From a virus: DNA of 52,684 nucleotides. The notes under the pieces are model-generated. The model ran no database searches, was not told the origin of the DNA, and saw only the letters and a list, made by a program, of their open reading frames with translations. Shown here one piece after another: positions 1 through 7,762 of this stretch. Every line of letters begins with the position of its first letter. The stretch's first letter is position 1. The position numbers and the translations under genes were made by a program. The DNA lies in the IMG/VR virus record IMGVR_UViG_3300044455_000043, positions 1 to 52,684 of that record. One strand, given 5' to 3'.

Positions 1-127
1 CTCAAAGACGGTGACGGAACCAAAACCCAGCCGATGCTCGTGCAATCCGACTTCATCGGCACCGTCACAGTCGGCAAACTGGAGAAGGCGACAGCCGGCG
101 GCATCCATCTGATCGGCAAGACGGAGA
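1..127. repeat. Terminal overlap, copy 1. It is identical to 52558-52684, so the contig closes on itself.
   Basis: Base-by-base comparison of both window ends gives a perfect 127-bp match. Confidence 0.95.
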
Positions 128-216
128 TTCAAGAACTGACGTTTATCACCCTGAAAAATAACGTCGGCATCTTCGTCGAGGAATCGCTCGACAAGATCGA
201 AGCACTGGTCGGCTGA
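1..216 (+). CDS. 3' part of the wrap-around ORF that starts at 52528 (hypothetical; lies between the scaffold-like and capsid genes).
   Basis: Frame 1 is open from base 1 to the stop at 214-216. The tracked ORF 34..216 is an internal-Met truncation of it. Confidence 0.5.
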   Translation, partial: LKDGDGTKTQPMLVQSDFIGTVTVGKLEKATAGGIHLIGKTEIQELTFITLKNNVGIFVEESLDKIEALVG

Positions 217-227
217 GAGATAATCTT

Positions 228-437
228 ATGACAAGCTTCCAAATTAGACTGTTACAAAAATCCGCGCCGGGACGAAGCCTCCAGATTCGTTGGTCGGATG
301 AGCCGGATATTATCGGATACGGACTCCATTTCGATATGGCGGTCAGCGATCTTGCTGAGCGTCGCGACAAGGCTGGATTATCACATCGACCCACTGAACC
401 CGTTATCACGGAGTTCCGTTTTCCGGTTCATATATAA
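228..437 (+). CDS. Hypothetical protein, 69 aa.
   Basis: ATG is preceded by GAGAG. It is on the same strand as the flanking late genes. No motif was recognised. Confidence 0.35.
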   Translation: MTSFQIRLLQKSAPGRSLQIRWSDEPDIIGYGLHFDMAVSDLAERRDKAGLSHRPTEPVITEFRFPVHI

Positions 438-446
438 AAGATTTGC

Positions 447-474
447 TTGACGCGCCGCGTGCTCGCGTTATAAG
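447..474 (+). promoter_or_regulatory. Sigma70-like promoter candidate upstream of the capsid gene.
   Basis: TTGACG (447-452), a 16-nt spacer, then TATAAG (469-474). It sits in a 216-nt non-coding gap and leaves a leader of about 180 nt before ATG 654. Confidence 0.35.
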
Positions 475-653
475 CACGTCTCAGGCGTAAGGGAGTCGAG
501 TCCGAGCCTGCTCGACAAAGTATCGGCGTAAGTGGCTAGTCGGGACCGAGCCGCCCGGCAAACTGGATCGTACCGGATTTCATCACCGGAAAACGCGGGT
601 GCCCGAAAGGGACCTTCATTCGCGAAACAGTTTGCAACGAAAGGGCAATCCAA

Positions 654-1874
654 ATGCCAGCTTACGACTACGATTGCGCAGAGATCAATAACATGCTCCT
701 CGCAGAAACCGGGAGGTACATGCAGGGCAAGCTCGCCCGGCGTCTCTCTCCCCGCGGGAAATGGCGCAACGCCATCCCCTTTGAAAAATGGCAGGACGGC
801 ATGGGCGTCGTCCATAACTCGATCGTGTGGGAACGCACGGTCCCGACCAACGAAGGCGACGAGTGGACCGAAAACACTCCCTCGACCGGCACCGCCGACA
901 GTCAGTGCGACCTGACGCCGGAGATCATCGAGTTCGGCCAGAGCACCCGCTCCTGGCGCAAATCCTCGCGCAACATTCGGACGCCTTGGTTCTGTCTCGA
1001 AGATCTGCGCGACGATCACCGCGTCAAGGACATGCTCACCGCGCTCCAGAAGAATCTGGGTTGGGTGGCGCATTACGTGTGGGAAAATCGGATTCAGGAC
1101 GAGTACGACCGCCTGATGGAGCACAAGCTCACCGAAAACAACCACATGGACATCGAGGGCACCGCCTTCGATCCCGGCAGTCCGCCGACCTCGAAACTCA
1201 CCGTCGGCACGCTCCGACAAATCTATCAGTACCTCATGGCCGACGGAGCCGGGGAAGAGGGTGCAATCGGTCTGACGACCGGCGGCCACCCCGTTCTTCA
1301 ACTCTTCACGGACATGAACACCGACGTGGACCTGATCCAGCAAGACCCCGAATTGCGACAGGACTTCCGGTACGACCCCGAGAAGGTCAAACTGCTCACC
1401 CGCGCCTACGGGATGGAACGTTCCTGGGACGGCTACCAGCACGTTTACAACCCGTTCCAGCCACGGTTCGAGATCGTGAACGGCGAGTACGTCCGCATCC
1501 AGCCGTTCAGTGACCCCGAAGCGGCCACTAAAGGCAAAAAGCAGTTGCTCCAAAAAGAGTACCTCTACGCGACCTACGCGAAATCGTATGTCGTGATTCC
1601 GCAGGTGTTCACGATGGAAGTCCCCAACGCGATCACGTCGCCTGGCGGACGCCTCGAGTTCAAGGCCGTCGATTACATGGGCGACTTCGCGTGGCTCAAC
1701 ATCCTCGATGCCAAGTGCAATCCGCGCGGGCAAAAAGGGTTCTTCGACGCTGTGTTCACGTCGGCCGCGAGGCCCGAGGACACCTGGTTCGGGTTCGGCA
1801 TCATGCACCTGAACTGTCCTCCACTCCGCACTGGCGTTGACTGCTACGAGTACGAGCAGTACCAAGTCAGCTAA
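654..1874 (+). CDS. Putative major capsid protein, 406 aa.
   Basis: On the circular map it follows the portal, the scaffold-like protein and one small ORF. Its size is typical for a capsid protein and it is followed by a strong hairpin. There is no motif-level proof. Confidence 0.6.
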   Translation: MPAYDYDCAEINNMLLAETGRYMQGKLARRLSPRGKWRNAIPFEKWQDGMGVVHNSIVWERTVPTNEGDEWTENTPSTGTADSQCDLTPEIIEFGQSTRSWRKSSRNIRTPWFCLEDLRDDHRVKDMLTALQKNLGWVAHYVWENRIQDEYDRLMEHKLTENNHMDIEGTAFDPGSPPTSKLTVGTLRQIYQYLMADGAGEEGAIGLTTGGHPVLQLFTDMNTDVDLIQQDPELRQDFRYDPEKVKLLTRAYGMERSWDGYQHVYNPFQPRFEIVNGEYVRIQPFSDPEAATKGKKQLLQKEYLYATYAKSYVVIPQVFTMEVPNAITSPGGRLEFKAVDYMGDFAWLNILDAKCNPRGQKGFFDAVFTSAARPEDTWFGFGIMHLNCPPLRTGVDCYEYEQYQVS

Positions 1875-1933
1875 AGTTTAATCTCAACCCCGGCAGGTGA
1901 CTCCCGAGTTTCCTGCCGGGCCGAGATTAAACT
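1875..1933 (+). terminator. Long stem-loop immediately after the capsid stop codon (terminator, attenuator or RNA-stabilising hairpin).
   Basis: AGTTTAATCTC (1875-1885) pairs with GAGATTAAACT (1923-1933). CCCGGCAGG (1889-1897) pairs with CCTGCCGGG (1912-1920). That gives about 20 bp of stem and a 14-nt loop. No U-tract follows. Confidence 0.45.
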
Positions 1934-1988
1934 CACTGCCAATCTGAAAATACCAATCCACTTTCTCAGCGTACCGAAAGGAAAAACC

Positions 1989-2120
1989 ATGTTAACCATC
2001 CCGTTTGTTTGTGTTCTGGCAGCCGGAGCTTGCGCGATTTCATTCCTCATTTGGGGAAAGATGCCGCTGCTTCCGGTTGCGATCTTGCTGCTCTGCATTG
2101 CGCTGGTCGTGCCGAAATAA
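1989..2120 (+). CDS. Small membrane protein with two hydrophobic segments, 43 aa (holin or antiholin candidate). It is below the ORF-track size cutoff.
   Basis: Sequence: MLTIPFVCVLAAGACAISFLIWGKMPLLPVAILLLCIALVVPK. AGGA lies upstream of the ATG. The stop at 2118-2120 abuts the GTG start of the next gene. Confidence 0.5.
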   Translation: MLTIPFVCVLAAGACAISFLIWGKMPLLPVAILLLCIALVVPK

Positions 2121-2768
2121 GTGAGGCTGCTCGCTCTCTCACTCTCGACGATGTTGCTGGTCGGGTGCGCCACCCGGCCGCACACGTACGAGGCGCCGGA
2201 CCAGACGAAGGTCGTGGAATCGACGCGGCAGGTGAAAGAGGGCGTGCGGAAGTCGCGGGCGGCTGCGGGTGAGGCCAAGGCTATCGTCCAGAAAGAGCAG
2301 GAACGCACGGACAAGCTCATCGTTCAATCACGCACGCTCGCCGGCAAGCTGGACGAGATTATCGCCGCGGCGCCGGAAGAATTGAAGCTGCCATTGGAAG
2401 TCGCCAAGTCCGACCTGGGCGAGCTCCAGCGGGAGCAGGAAGATCTCAAACTCGGCCTTGGCAACGCTTGGACGAAGCAGAACGAGACGGAGCAGCATTT
2501 GAGCGGCACCGAGACACGGATTGCCGAGCTTGAAAACCGGCAGGTGACATATTACGCCGAGGCACAAAAGCTTGCCGCGACCGCGACCGAGGAGCGCAAT
2601 TACCGGATCGCGGCCGAGAAACAGCTTTCGACGCAGCGTTGGTTCGGCTGGCTCTGGAAACTTGGCGCCTTTCTGCTTATCGGCCTTGTGATCGCGTTCT
2701 TCGCGGCAAAAGCGTTAGGCAAACTCGGATGGTTAGCAGCTAAAATCGGACTGAAAGCAACGATATGA
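2121..2768 (+). CDS. Lipoprotein with a central coiled coil and a C-terminal transmembrane helix, 215 aa (unimolecular-spanin-like).
   Basis: N-terminal signal with lipobox L-V-G-C (Cys codon at 2166-2168). Long heptad-rich E/K/Q/L region. C-terminal WFGWLWKLGAFLLIGLVIAFFAA. It is coupled to the neighbouring lysis-type genes. Confidence 0.55.
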   Translation: MRLLALSLSTMLLVGCATRPHTYEAPDQTKVVESTRQVKEGVRKSRAAAGEAKAIVQKEQERTDKLIVQSRTLAGKLDEIIAAAPEELKLPLEVAKSDLGELQREQEDLKLGLGNAWTKQNETEQHLSGTETRIAELENRQVTYYAEAQKLAATATEERNYRIAAEKQLSTQRWFGWLWKLGAFLLIGLVIAFFAAKALGKLGWLAAKIGLKATI

Positions 2769-3022
2769 AACAACCGAAACCCATCGTTAACATCGTGGTG
2801 GACCGTCTGAGTGTTATGGCGGTCGTCTTTGCCATAACGGGCGGTTTGCTCATTTACCGTGGTTTTCACGGCGACCTGCTTATTGGCGGGGCGATTACGT
2901 GCGCGGGGGCGATCGGAGCAATTCTTTCAAAAACCTCACCGACCACCACGCAGGACGTGAAGGTGGTCAACGATCCCGATAAGCCGGAGGAACGGGTGCC
3001 GGTCGATGATAAGAAGGCATGA
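2765..3022 (+). CDS. Class-II-like holin candidate, 85 aa.
   Basis: Two hydrophobic helices (LSVMAVVFAITGGLLIY and LLIGGAITCAGAIGAIL) plus a charged C-terminal tail. ATGA overlaps occur at both ends. Confidence 0.5.
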   Translation: MKQPKPIVNIVVDRLSVMAVVFAITGGLLIYRGFHGDLLIGGAITCAGAIGAILSKTSPTTTQDVKVVNDPDKPEERVPVDDKKA

Positions 3023-3567
3023 GCGCCATCATTCCACCATCACGGCCAATGCAGAAGCGTGCCGATACGGCTCGTGAACTCTCTGGTTTCGCTGTAACCG
3101 AGAAGGTGGCGCTTCTCGGGGTTCGTGGCTATTACCGTGACACGATGGGCGTTCCAGGGAAAAACGACCGTGGAATTTATGATGATGCGATCTTCCTGTA
3201 TTCACCGGAAGCGCACGTCGCTTTCAACGCAAACACCGACCCGAGCGTTACCAGGAAACATATCGCCGTGCTCAGGCAGGGCTTGTGGTATTACAAGGTG
3301 GGCATTCACGGCCTGAGTAAGCCAAAAGCGCAGCAATACACCGCACTCGTGCAAGCCGGCGAAGTCACGGTTATCCGAGATGACGAAGGATCGGACAAGG
3401 GATATTTCGGGATCAACATTCACCGCGGCAGCTACGGAAGCACCAGTTCGCTTGGGTGCCAGACTATTTTCCCGGATCAATGGCCGGCATTTATCGCGCT
3501 CGTGCAAAGTGAGATGAAGCGGGCTGGGCAAAAAACAATTCCGTACTTACTCGTGGAGAACTCCTAA
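3019..3567 (+). CDS. Putative endolysin or cell-wall hydrolase, 182 aa.
   Basis: No transmembrane segment. The motif GINIHRGSYGSTSSLGCQTI resembles the His...Ser-x-Gly-Cys catalytic signature of YkuD-type L,D-peptidases. It is translationally coupled to the holin-like gene. Confidence 0.5.
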   Translation: MSAIIPPSRPMQKRADTARELSGFAVTEKVALLGVRGYYRDTMGVPGKNDRGIYDDAIFLYSPEAHVAFNANTDPSVTRKHIAVLRQGLWYYKVGIHGLSKPKAQQYTALVQAGEVTVIRDDEGSDKGYFGINIHRGSYGSTSSLGCQTIFPDQWPAFIALVQSEMKRAGQKTIPYLLVENS

Positions 3568-4208
3568 TGTCCTGCACCCCACATCCTCAAGTCATGTATC
3601 CCTGCGCCGACGATTCAGTGTCGATCGGGCAGGCGCTCGGCGCGCAAGGTGACGTGAATTTTGCGGAATACGGCGAGACGACGCTCGACCCTGGAGACAC
3701 CGAAAAAGTGGTGACGTTCGACTACCAGAAGGAATCGAGCCTCTACGTTTTCGAGTATCTCTACGTCAAGGGGAGCAACGATCCGCCGGACGCGATTATC
3801 GCGGTGCCGTATGCCCAGACGACAAGGACGTTCACGGTGCGGTTCTCGGGCGCGCCGATTGCGACTGGCGCAAAGCTGGTCTGGCGCGTCAAGATTCCCG
3901 ATCCGCTGCGAATCGTCTGCGAAGGCAACGGGCCGCAATATTCGATTGTGCCCGAGGAGCGGCATGGTGCGACCGCGCTAACCAACGGATCAGCCTTCAT
4001 CATTGTCACGTTCGACACGGTCATGCCGAGCAGCGATTGGCTGATGGAGGCGTTCTCGATTGAGAAAGCTTTCAGCGAAGCCAATACGTTCGGTTTCGGC
4101 TGGACGATAACGAGCCGATCAGTTTCCGGTTTTACCGTGGCGCTTAGCGGCACTCCAGACAGTTCAGACTACACCTTGCGCTGGCAGGTGCGAGGAACCC
4201 CAAGCTAA
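3567..4208 (+). CDS. Hypothetical virion protein with two tandem beta-sandwich-like halves, 213 aa.
   Basis: Internal repeat: FTVRFSGAPIATGAKLVWRV versus FTVALSGTPDSSDYTLRWQV. TAATG overlap with the upstream gene. Confidence 0.4.
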   Translation: MSCTPHPQVMYPCADDSVSIGQALGAQGDVNFAEYGETTLDPGDTEKVVTFDYQKESSLYVFEYLYVKGSNDPPDAIIAVPYAQTTRTFTVRFSGAPIATGAKLVWRVKIPDPLRIVCEGNGPQYSIVPEERHGATALTNGSAFIIVTFDTVMPSSDWLMEAFSIEKAFSEANTFGFGWTITSRSVSGFTVALSGTPDSSDYTLRWQVRGTPS

Positions 4209-5807
4209 ATGGCAACAGGCGCTAAAACTCCAATTCTCCACGGTGTCGCGCAGGGCGACATCGACATGGCCGGGTGGCGGCTGCTTAACCTCGACCTGAG
4301 TCAGCTTGCTAGCGGAGCGCCATTTATAGACGACACGGCGCTCCTGAAGTCGTCTTCCGAACCAACCGCGCTTGCTCATTTCAAGCTGAGTTGGACGACG
4401 CCGGGGGTTCATCGGACGTTCGAGTTGCCGAACTATAACGCGACCCTCGCCACAGTTGATGGCGTTGAAGATTTAACCAACAAGTCGATCAACGGCATCA
4501 CGTTGACTGGCACTGGCGGATTTACGCTGACTGATGCGATTGTTTCGTTGACCGGCGGGCTGATTACAAACGGCGATTTGGACTTAGGAAGTGGCCACGA
4601 ACTACGAATTGATACTACGGGCGATACGTTCGTCACCCTTCCGGTCGCCGGCACGCTCGCCACAACCGCACAACTCCCCGTCATTTCCGATGTCGCGTAC
4701 GATGCGACGACATGGAACGGGAACCTGGATGGCGCCACGAAGAACGCGCTGCGCGATAAGTTTGAGAGCCTGACCTCATTACAGCCTCCGTTCCTTGATG
4801 ATATCGCGTTGATCGCTAATTCTGTTGATCCGACGAAGTTAATAAAATTTAGCGCCGCGGCCCTTTCCTCGGCAGGAACCAGAACATTCACTTTGCCGGA
4901 TAAAAATGGTACAGTGGCAACGCTGGATGATCTCCCGTTCACCGCTGGCATCTTATTCGGCTCAGACGAAGATGGCCGATCTCTGAGCTTAGCTGGAGAC
5001 GTAGCGTTTTACGGAACATTCACGGTAGCTGGTGGCTTCCCGATTTTACTAAACGGCACGGCTGTTACAGAGCTTACATTGCCGATAGAGGGCACTCTCG
5101 CTACATGGGCAGGCGCCGAAACGTTGACCAACAAGACGATCATTGGCGGAAGTGTTACGCAGCTTACCGGACTGAGCCTTCGTTCGACCTTGGCATCGTA
5201 TGATATGTTGCTGGCAACAGCGTCCTCTTTATCCAGTAATCGCACGCTCACGCTGAACATTGCGGATAAGGACACCACTCTTTCGCTCGGAGGCAATCTT
5301 ACTACGTCCGGCGATTTCAATACGACACTGACCGTGACAGGCAACACGGCACTTACACTGCCGACGGCAGGGACATTGGCTACTCTCGCTGGGGTTGAGA
5401 CGTTTACCAACAAAGAGATACTCGGTGGGACAGCGATTAGCATTGAGACGCTAAGCATTTTGCAATTCGGATCTCCCTACTCTCTTGAACTGTTCTCCAA
5501 CGGAGATATGGGCGCCGACAGGGCGCTCTCGATCAGCGTTGACGGTGCAGACCGGGCGGTGGTACTGGCGGGCGACTTGACGCTCGCGAACAATTTCACG
5601 ACCTCGGGAGATTTTGCTTTAACCCTGACTCAGACTGGCGCAACCAATGTTACGCTGCCGACAACCGGCCTGTTAGCTTCGTGGGTTGCCGTTCCGGCAA
5701 CAGCATCCTCCACTGGAATAACAGGGCAAATGGCGTACCAAACCGGATTTCTGTACGTTTGCATTGCACCGTCTGAATGGCAGCGAGCGGTTCTTGCATC
5801 CTGGTGA
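4209..5807 (+). CDS. Tail fibre protein, 532 aa.
   Basis: At least five copies of a TLP-x(2,3)-GTLAT-type repeat (TLPVAGTLAT, TLPDKNGTVAT, TLPIEGTLAT, TLPTAGTLAT, TLPTTGLLAS), often followed by ETLTNK or ETFTNK. Confidence 0.75.
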   Translation: MATGAKTPILHGVAQGDIDMAGWRLLNLDLSQLASGAPFIDDTALLKSSSEPTALAHFKLSWTTPGVHRTFELPNYNATLATVDGVEDLTNKSINGITLTGTGGFTLTDAIVSLTGGLITNGDLDLGSGHELRIDTTGDTFVTLPVAGTLATTAQLPVISDVAYDATTWNGNLDGATKNALRDKFESLTSLQPPFLDDIALIANSVDPTKLIKFSAAALSSAGTRTFTLPDKNGTVATLDDLPFTAGILFGSDEDGRSLSLAGDVAFYGTFTVAGGFPILLNGTAVTELTLPIEGTLATWAGAETLTNKTIIGGSVTQLTGLSLRSTLASYDMLLATASSLSSNRTLTLNIADKDTTLSLGGNLTTSGDFNTTLTVTGNTALTLPTAGTLATLAGVETFTNKEILGGTAISIETLSILQFGSPYSLELFSNGDMGADRALSISVDGADRAVVLAGDLTLANNFTTSGDFALTLTQTGATNVTLPTTGLLASWVAVPATASSTGITGQMAYQTGFLYVCIAPSEWQRAVLASW

Positions 5808-5851
5808 TTATGAAACCACCCTCCACAAAGACCAGTGACGAGAAAGACTAG

Positions 5852-6112
5852 ATGACATCACAGAACGGCATTAAAAAGGTCAGCACAAATGTTCTAGTGG
5901 CGGTATGCACTGCCGTACTTATTGGCATTCTGGCTTGGAGTGGTCGTACTACTGCAAACACGAACGAGAGCGTCATCATACTGGAAAACAATCAGCAGCA
6001 CATTCAGTCAGACATAGCTGCCATCAAAGCCGGGATGATTACCAAGGACGGATTGGCTATTGAACTTTTGAAGCTACAAGTCCCGGCGCCGAAAGAGACG
6101 AAAGATAAATGA
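5852..6112 (+). CDS. Type-II membrane protein, 86 aa.
   Basis: N-terminal transmembrane segment (VLVAVCTAVLIGILAW) followed by a helical region. Confidence 0.45.
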   Translation: MTSQNGIKKVSTNVLVAVCTAVLIGILAWSGRTTANTNESVIILENNQQHIQSDIAAIKAGMITKDGLAIELLKLQVPAPKETKDK

Positions 6113-6124
6113 CCCCTCAAACGT

Positions 6125-6514
6125 ATGAATGAAACCAGTAACGGGAACGGCAACGGAAAGGGTTATATGCGAGCGGGCTCTGCAACCGATATGATATTGG
6201 CCTACGCCTTTCGCTCGTTCGTGATGATCGCGCAAGGCATCGCCGTCCTTCTGCTTTGGGCGCTCCTGAATATGGCGATCACGATTCGGGACGACACCCG
6301 CGATCTCAAAAAGGAGTGGCCCGAGATGCAGAAAGCGATGAAGGACATGAAAGACGATATCGCCGTTCTCAAAAGGCAGGGGGAAACGTTTGCCACGAAA
6401 AAGGAATTAGAGAACGCGACGACCCAAGTGACAGCCGAATTTAAAAAACTTCTCGACGAGCAGTTAAAACAAAATGCAGCCACAACCAAGGACAAATTGA
6501 ACTATGCCCGATGA
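6125..6514 (+). CDS. Membrane-anchored coiled-coil protein, 129 aa.
   Basis: Transmembrane segment (FVMIAQGIAVLLLWALLNMAI) followed by a K/E/D-rich heptad region. Confidence 0.45.
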   Translation: MNETSNGNGNGKGYMRAGSATDMILAYAFRSFVMIAQGIAVLLLWALLNMAITIRDDTRDLKKEWPEMQKAMKDMKDDIAVLKRQGETFATKKELENATTQVTAEFKKLLDEQLKQNAATTKDKLNYAR

Positions 6515-6633
6515 ACCACCACCTGATCCGACGCCGCCAGAGGAGCCCTCTCCTTCGCCAACTCCGATCCCGGTGAAGAATCCTGACTGAGTAGGCAAAA
6601 CAGTGGCCGCGAGGGAACTCAGCGGCTACTCTT

Positions 6634-6855
6634 TTGAATATGACACCAGCAAAAATCAACGAAACGATCAAGGCGCGCGAAGCCGAGATCGCAGCAATCG
6701 ACTCAGCGTTCACCAAACAAAAGGCCGAAGTGCAGAAGATCAACGACCAGTTTCGTGAGTACTTCGGCAACGCGCAGTTGAAGGTTGCGAACCTCAACGG
6801 GTGCATCGCCGAGCTGCGCCGGATGCTGCCGAAGCCAAAGGAAAAGGGGAAGTAA
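6634..6855 (+). CDS. Small coiled-coil protein, 73 aa.
   Basis: The ORF abuts the next fibre gene (TAAATG). Helical, K/E-rich sequence. Confidence 0.4.
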   Translation: MNMTPAKINETIKAREAEIAAIDSAFTKQKAEVQKINDQFREYFGNAQLKVANLNGCIAELRRMLPKPKEKGK

Positions 6856-7761
6856 ATGGATTGGGTTTGTACACGTCTCGTTCTGCAAGGTGACGCCGAT
6901 GCCGGCGGTTTCACGATCAACAATCTCGACCTGTCGGGGTTAAACCTCACGGCAGACTCGGTTGGCCTCGGGAACGTGGATAACACGTCCGACGCGAACA
7001 AGCCCGTCTCGACGGCAACGAACGTCGCGCTGGGCCTGAAAGAGCCGACGATCGTAGCGGGCACGACCGCGCAATACTGGCGCGGAGACAAGACGTGGCA
7101 GACTTTGGGAGCCCTTGGATTGCAGGCGGGCGACACCAGTCTCCAGTCTTTGTCGGTAATCGGGCTGAACGCTTTGGGTGGAGCTGGCGTGTCGGCACGT
7201 CGGCATGATTACGTCTCCGGCCCTTCCTTTGCTAAAAGCTCGCTCGACTACTACGGAGCGTCCTACGCGAGTTCATTGCTCGGTATATCCGCCGCGAACG
7301 CCGGAGCAGTGGCGTTCATCAACGCCTCCTACGGATTCATCTATTCCAACAACACTGCGCCGTTAATTTTCGGATATAATGGCGGTCGCCGTATGCGGTT
7401 GATGACTGGCTTGAACGTCGGCGGGGACACGGATCCCGGCGCGGGCTGCATCGAAGCGGCCGACACAATTACGGCACCCGAGCTTGAGGGAGACAATCTC
7501 ACGTTGACCGGCGACATCAGTTCCAGTGGAGGGGCGTCATTCGGTGGCAGCAACGTCGTCATCGAAGCCGCAGGAGACATCACAACGGGCGGAGAAGTTG
7601 TAGCAGCACTTGGCTTTACCACTGCCAGCCAGATAGTCGCCGCCGGCAACCTGGCAGTCGGAGGTTCCATCGTCTCTTTTTCTGGTTTACCGACATCCAA
7701 TCCAGGCGTGGCTGGCCGACTTTGGAGAAGCGGTAATGACGTGAAGATCAGCACCGGATAA
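6856..7761 (+). CDS. Tail fibre protein, 301 aa.
   Basis: GLGNVDNTSDANKPVSTATNVAL, followed by YWRGDKTW. This is a conserved N-terminal signature of phage tail fibres. Confidence 0.7.
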   Translation: MDWVCTRLVLQGDADAGGFTINNLDLSGLNLTADSVGLGNVDNTSDANKPVSTATNVALGLKEPTIVAGTTAQYWRGDKTWQTLGALGLQAGDTSLQSLSVIGLNALGGAGVSARRHDYVSGPSFAKSSLDYYGASYASSLLGISAANAGAVAFINASYGFIYSNNTAPLIFGYNGGRRMRLMTGLNVGGDTDPGAGCIEAADTITAPELEGDNLTLTGDISSSGGASFGGSNVVIEAAGDITTGGEVVAALGFTTASQIVAAGNLAVGGSIVSFSGLPTSNPGVAGRLWRSGNDVKISTG

Positions 7762-7762
7762 C

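Noticed and set aside
1-127. Interpreting the terminal repeat as a biological direct terminal repeat or cos region.
   Set aside because: The exact 127-bp length and an ORF running through it are equally well explained by k-mer overlap of a circular assembly. It is left undecided and flagged as a finding instead.
468-1865. A 465-aa minus-strand ORF covering the whole capsid gene.
   Set aside because: It is an antisense shadow ORF of the kind typical in GC-rich coding DNA. Its sequence is R/G/V/E-rich and low in information, it has no start context, and the + strand frame fits the head-module synteny.
6503-6586. A Pro-rich 27-aa ORF (MPDEPPPDPTPPEEPSPSPTPIPVKNPD) overlapping the end of 6125..6514, possibly a frameshift extension.
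   Set aside because: No slippery sequence or stimulatory structure is evident. It is too short to support.
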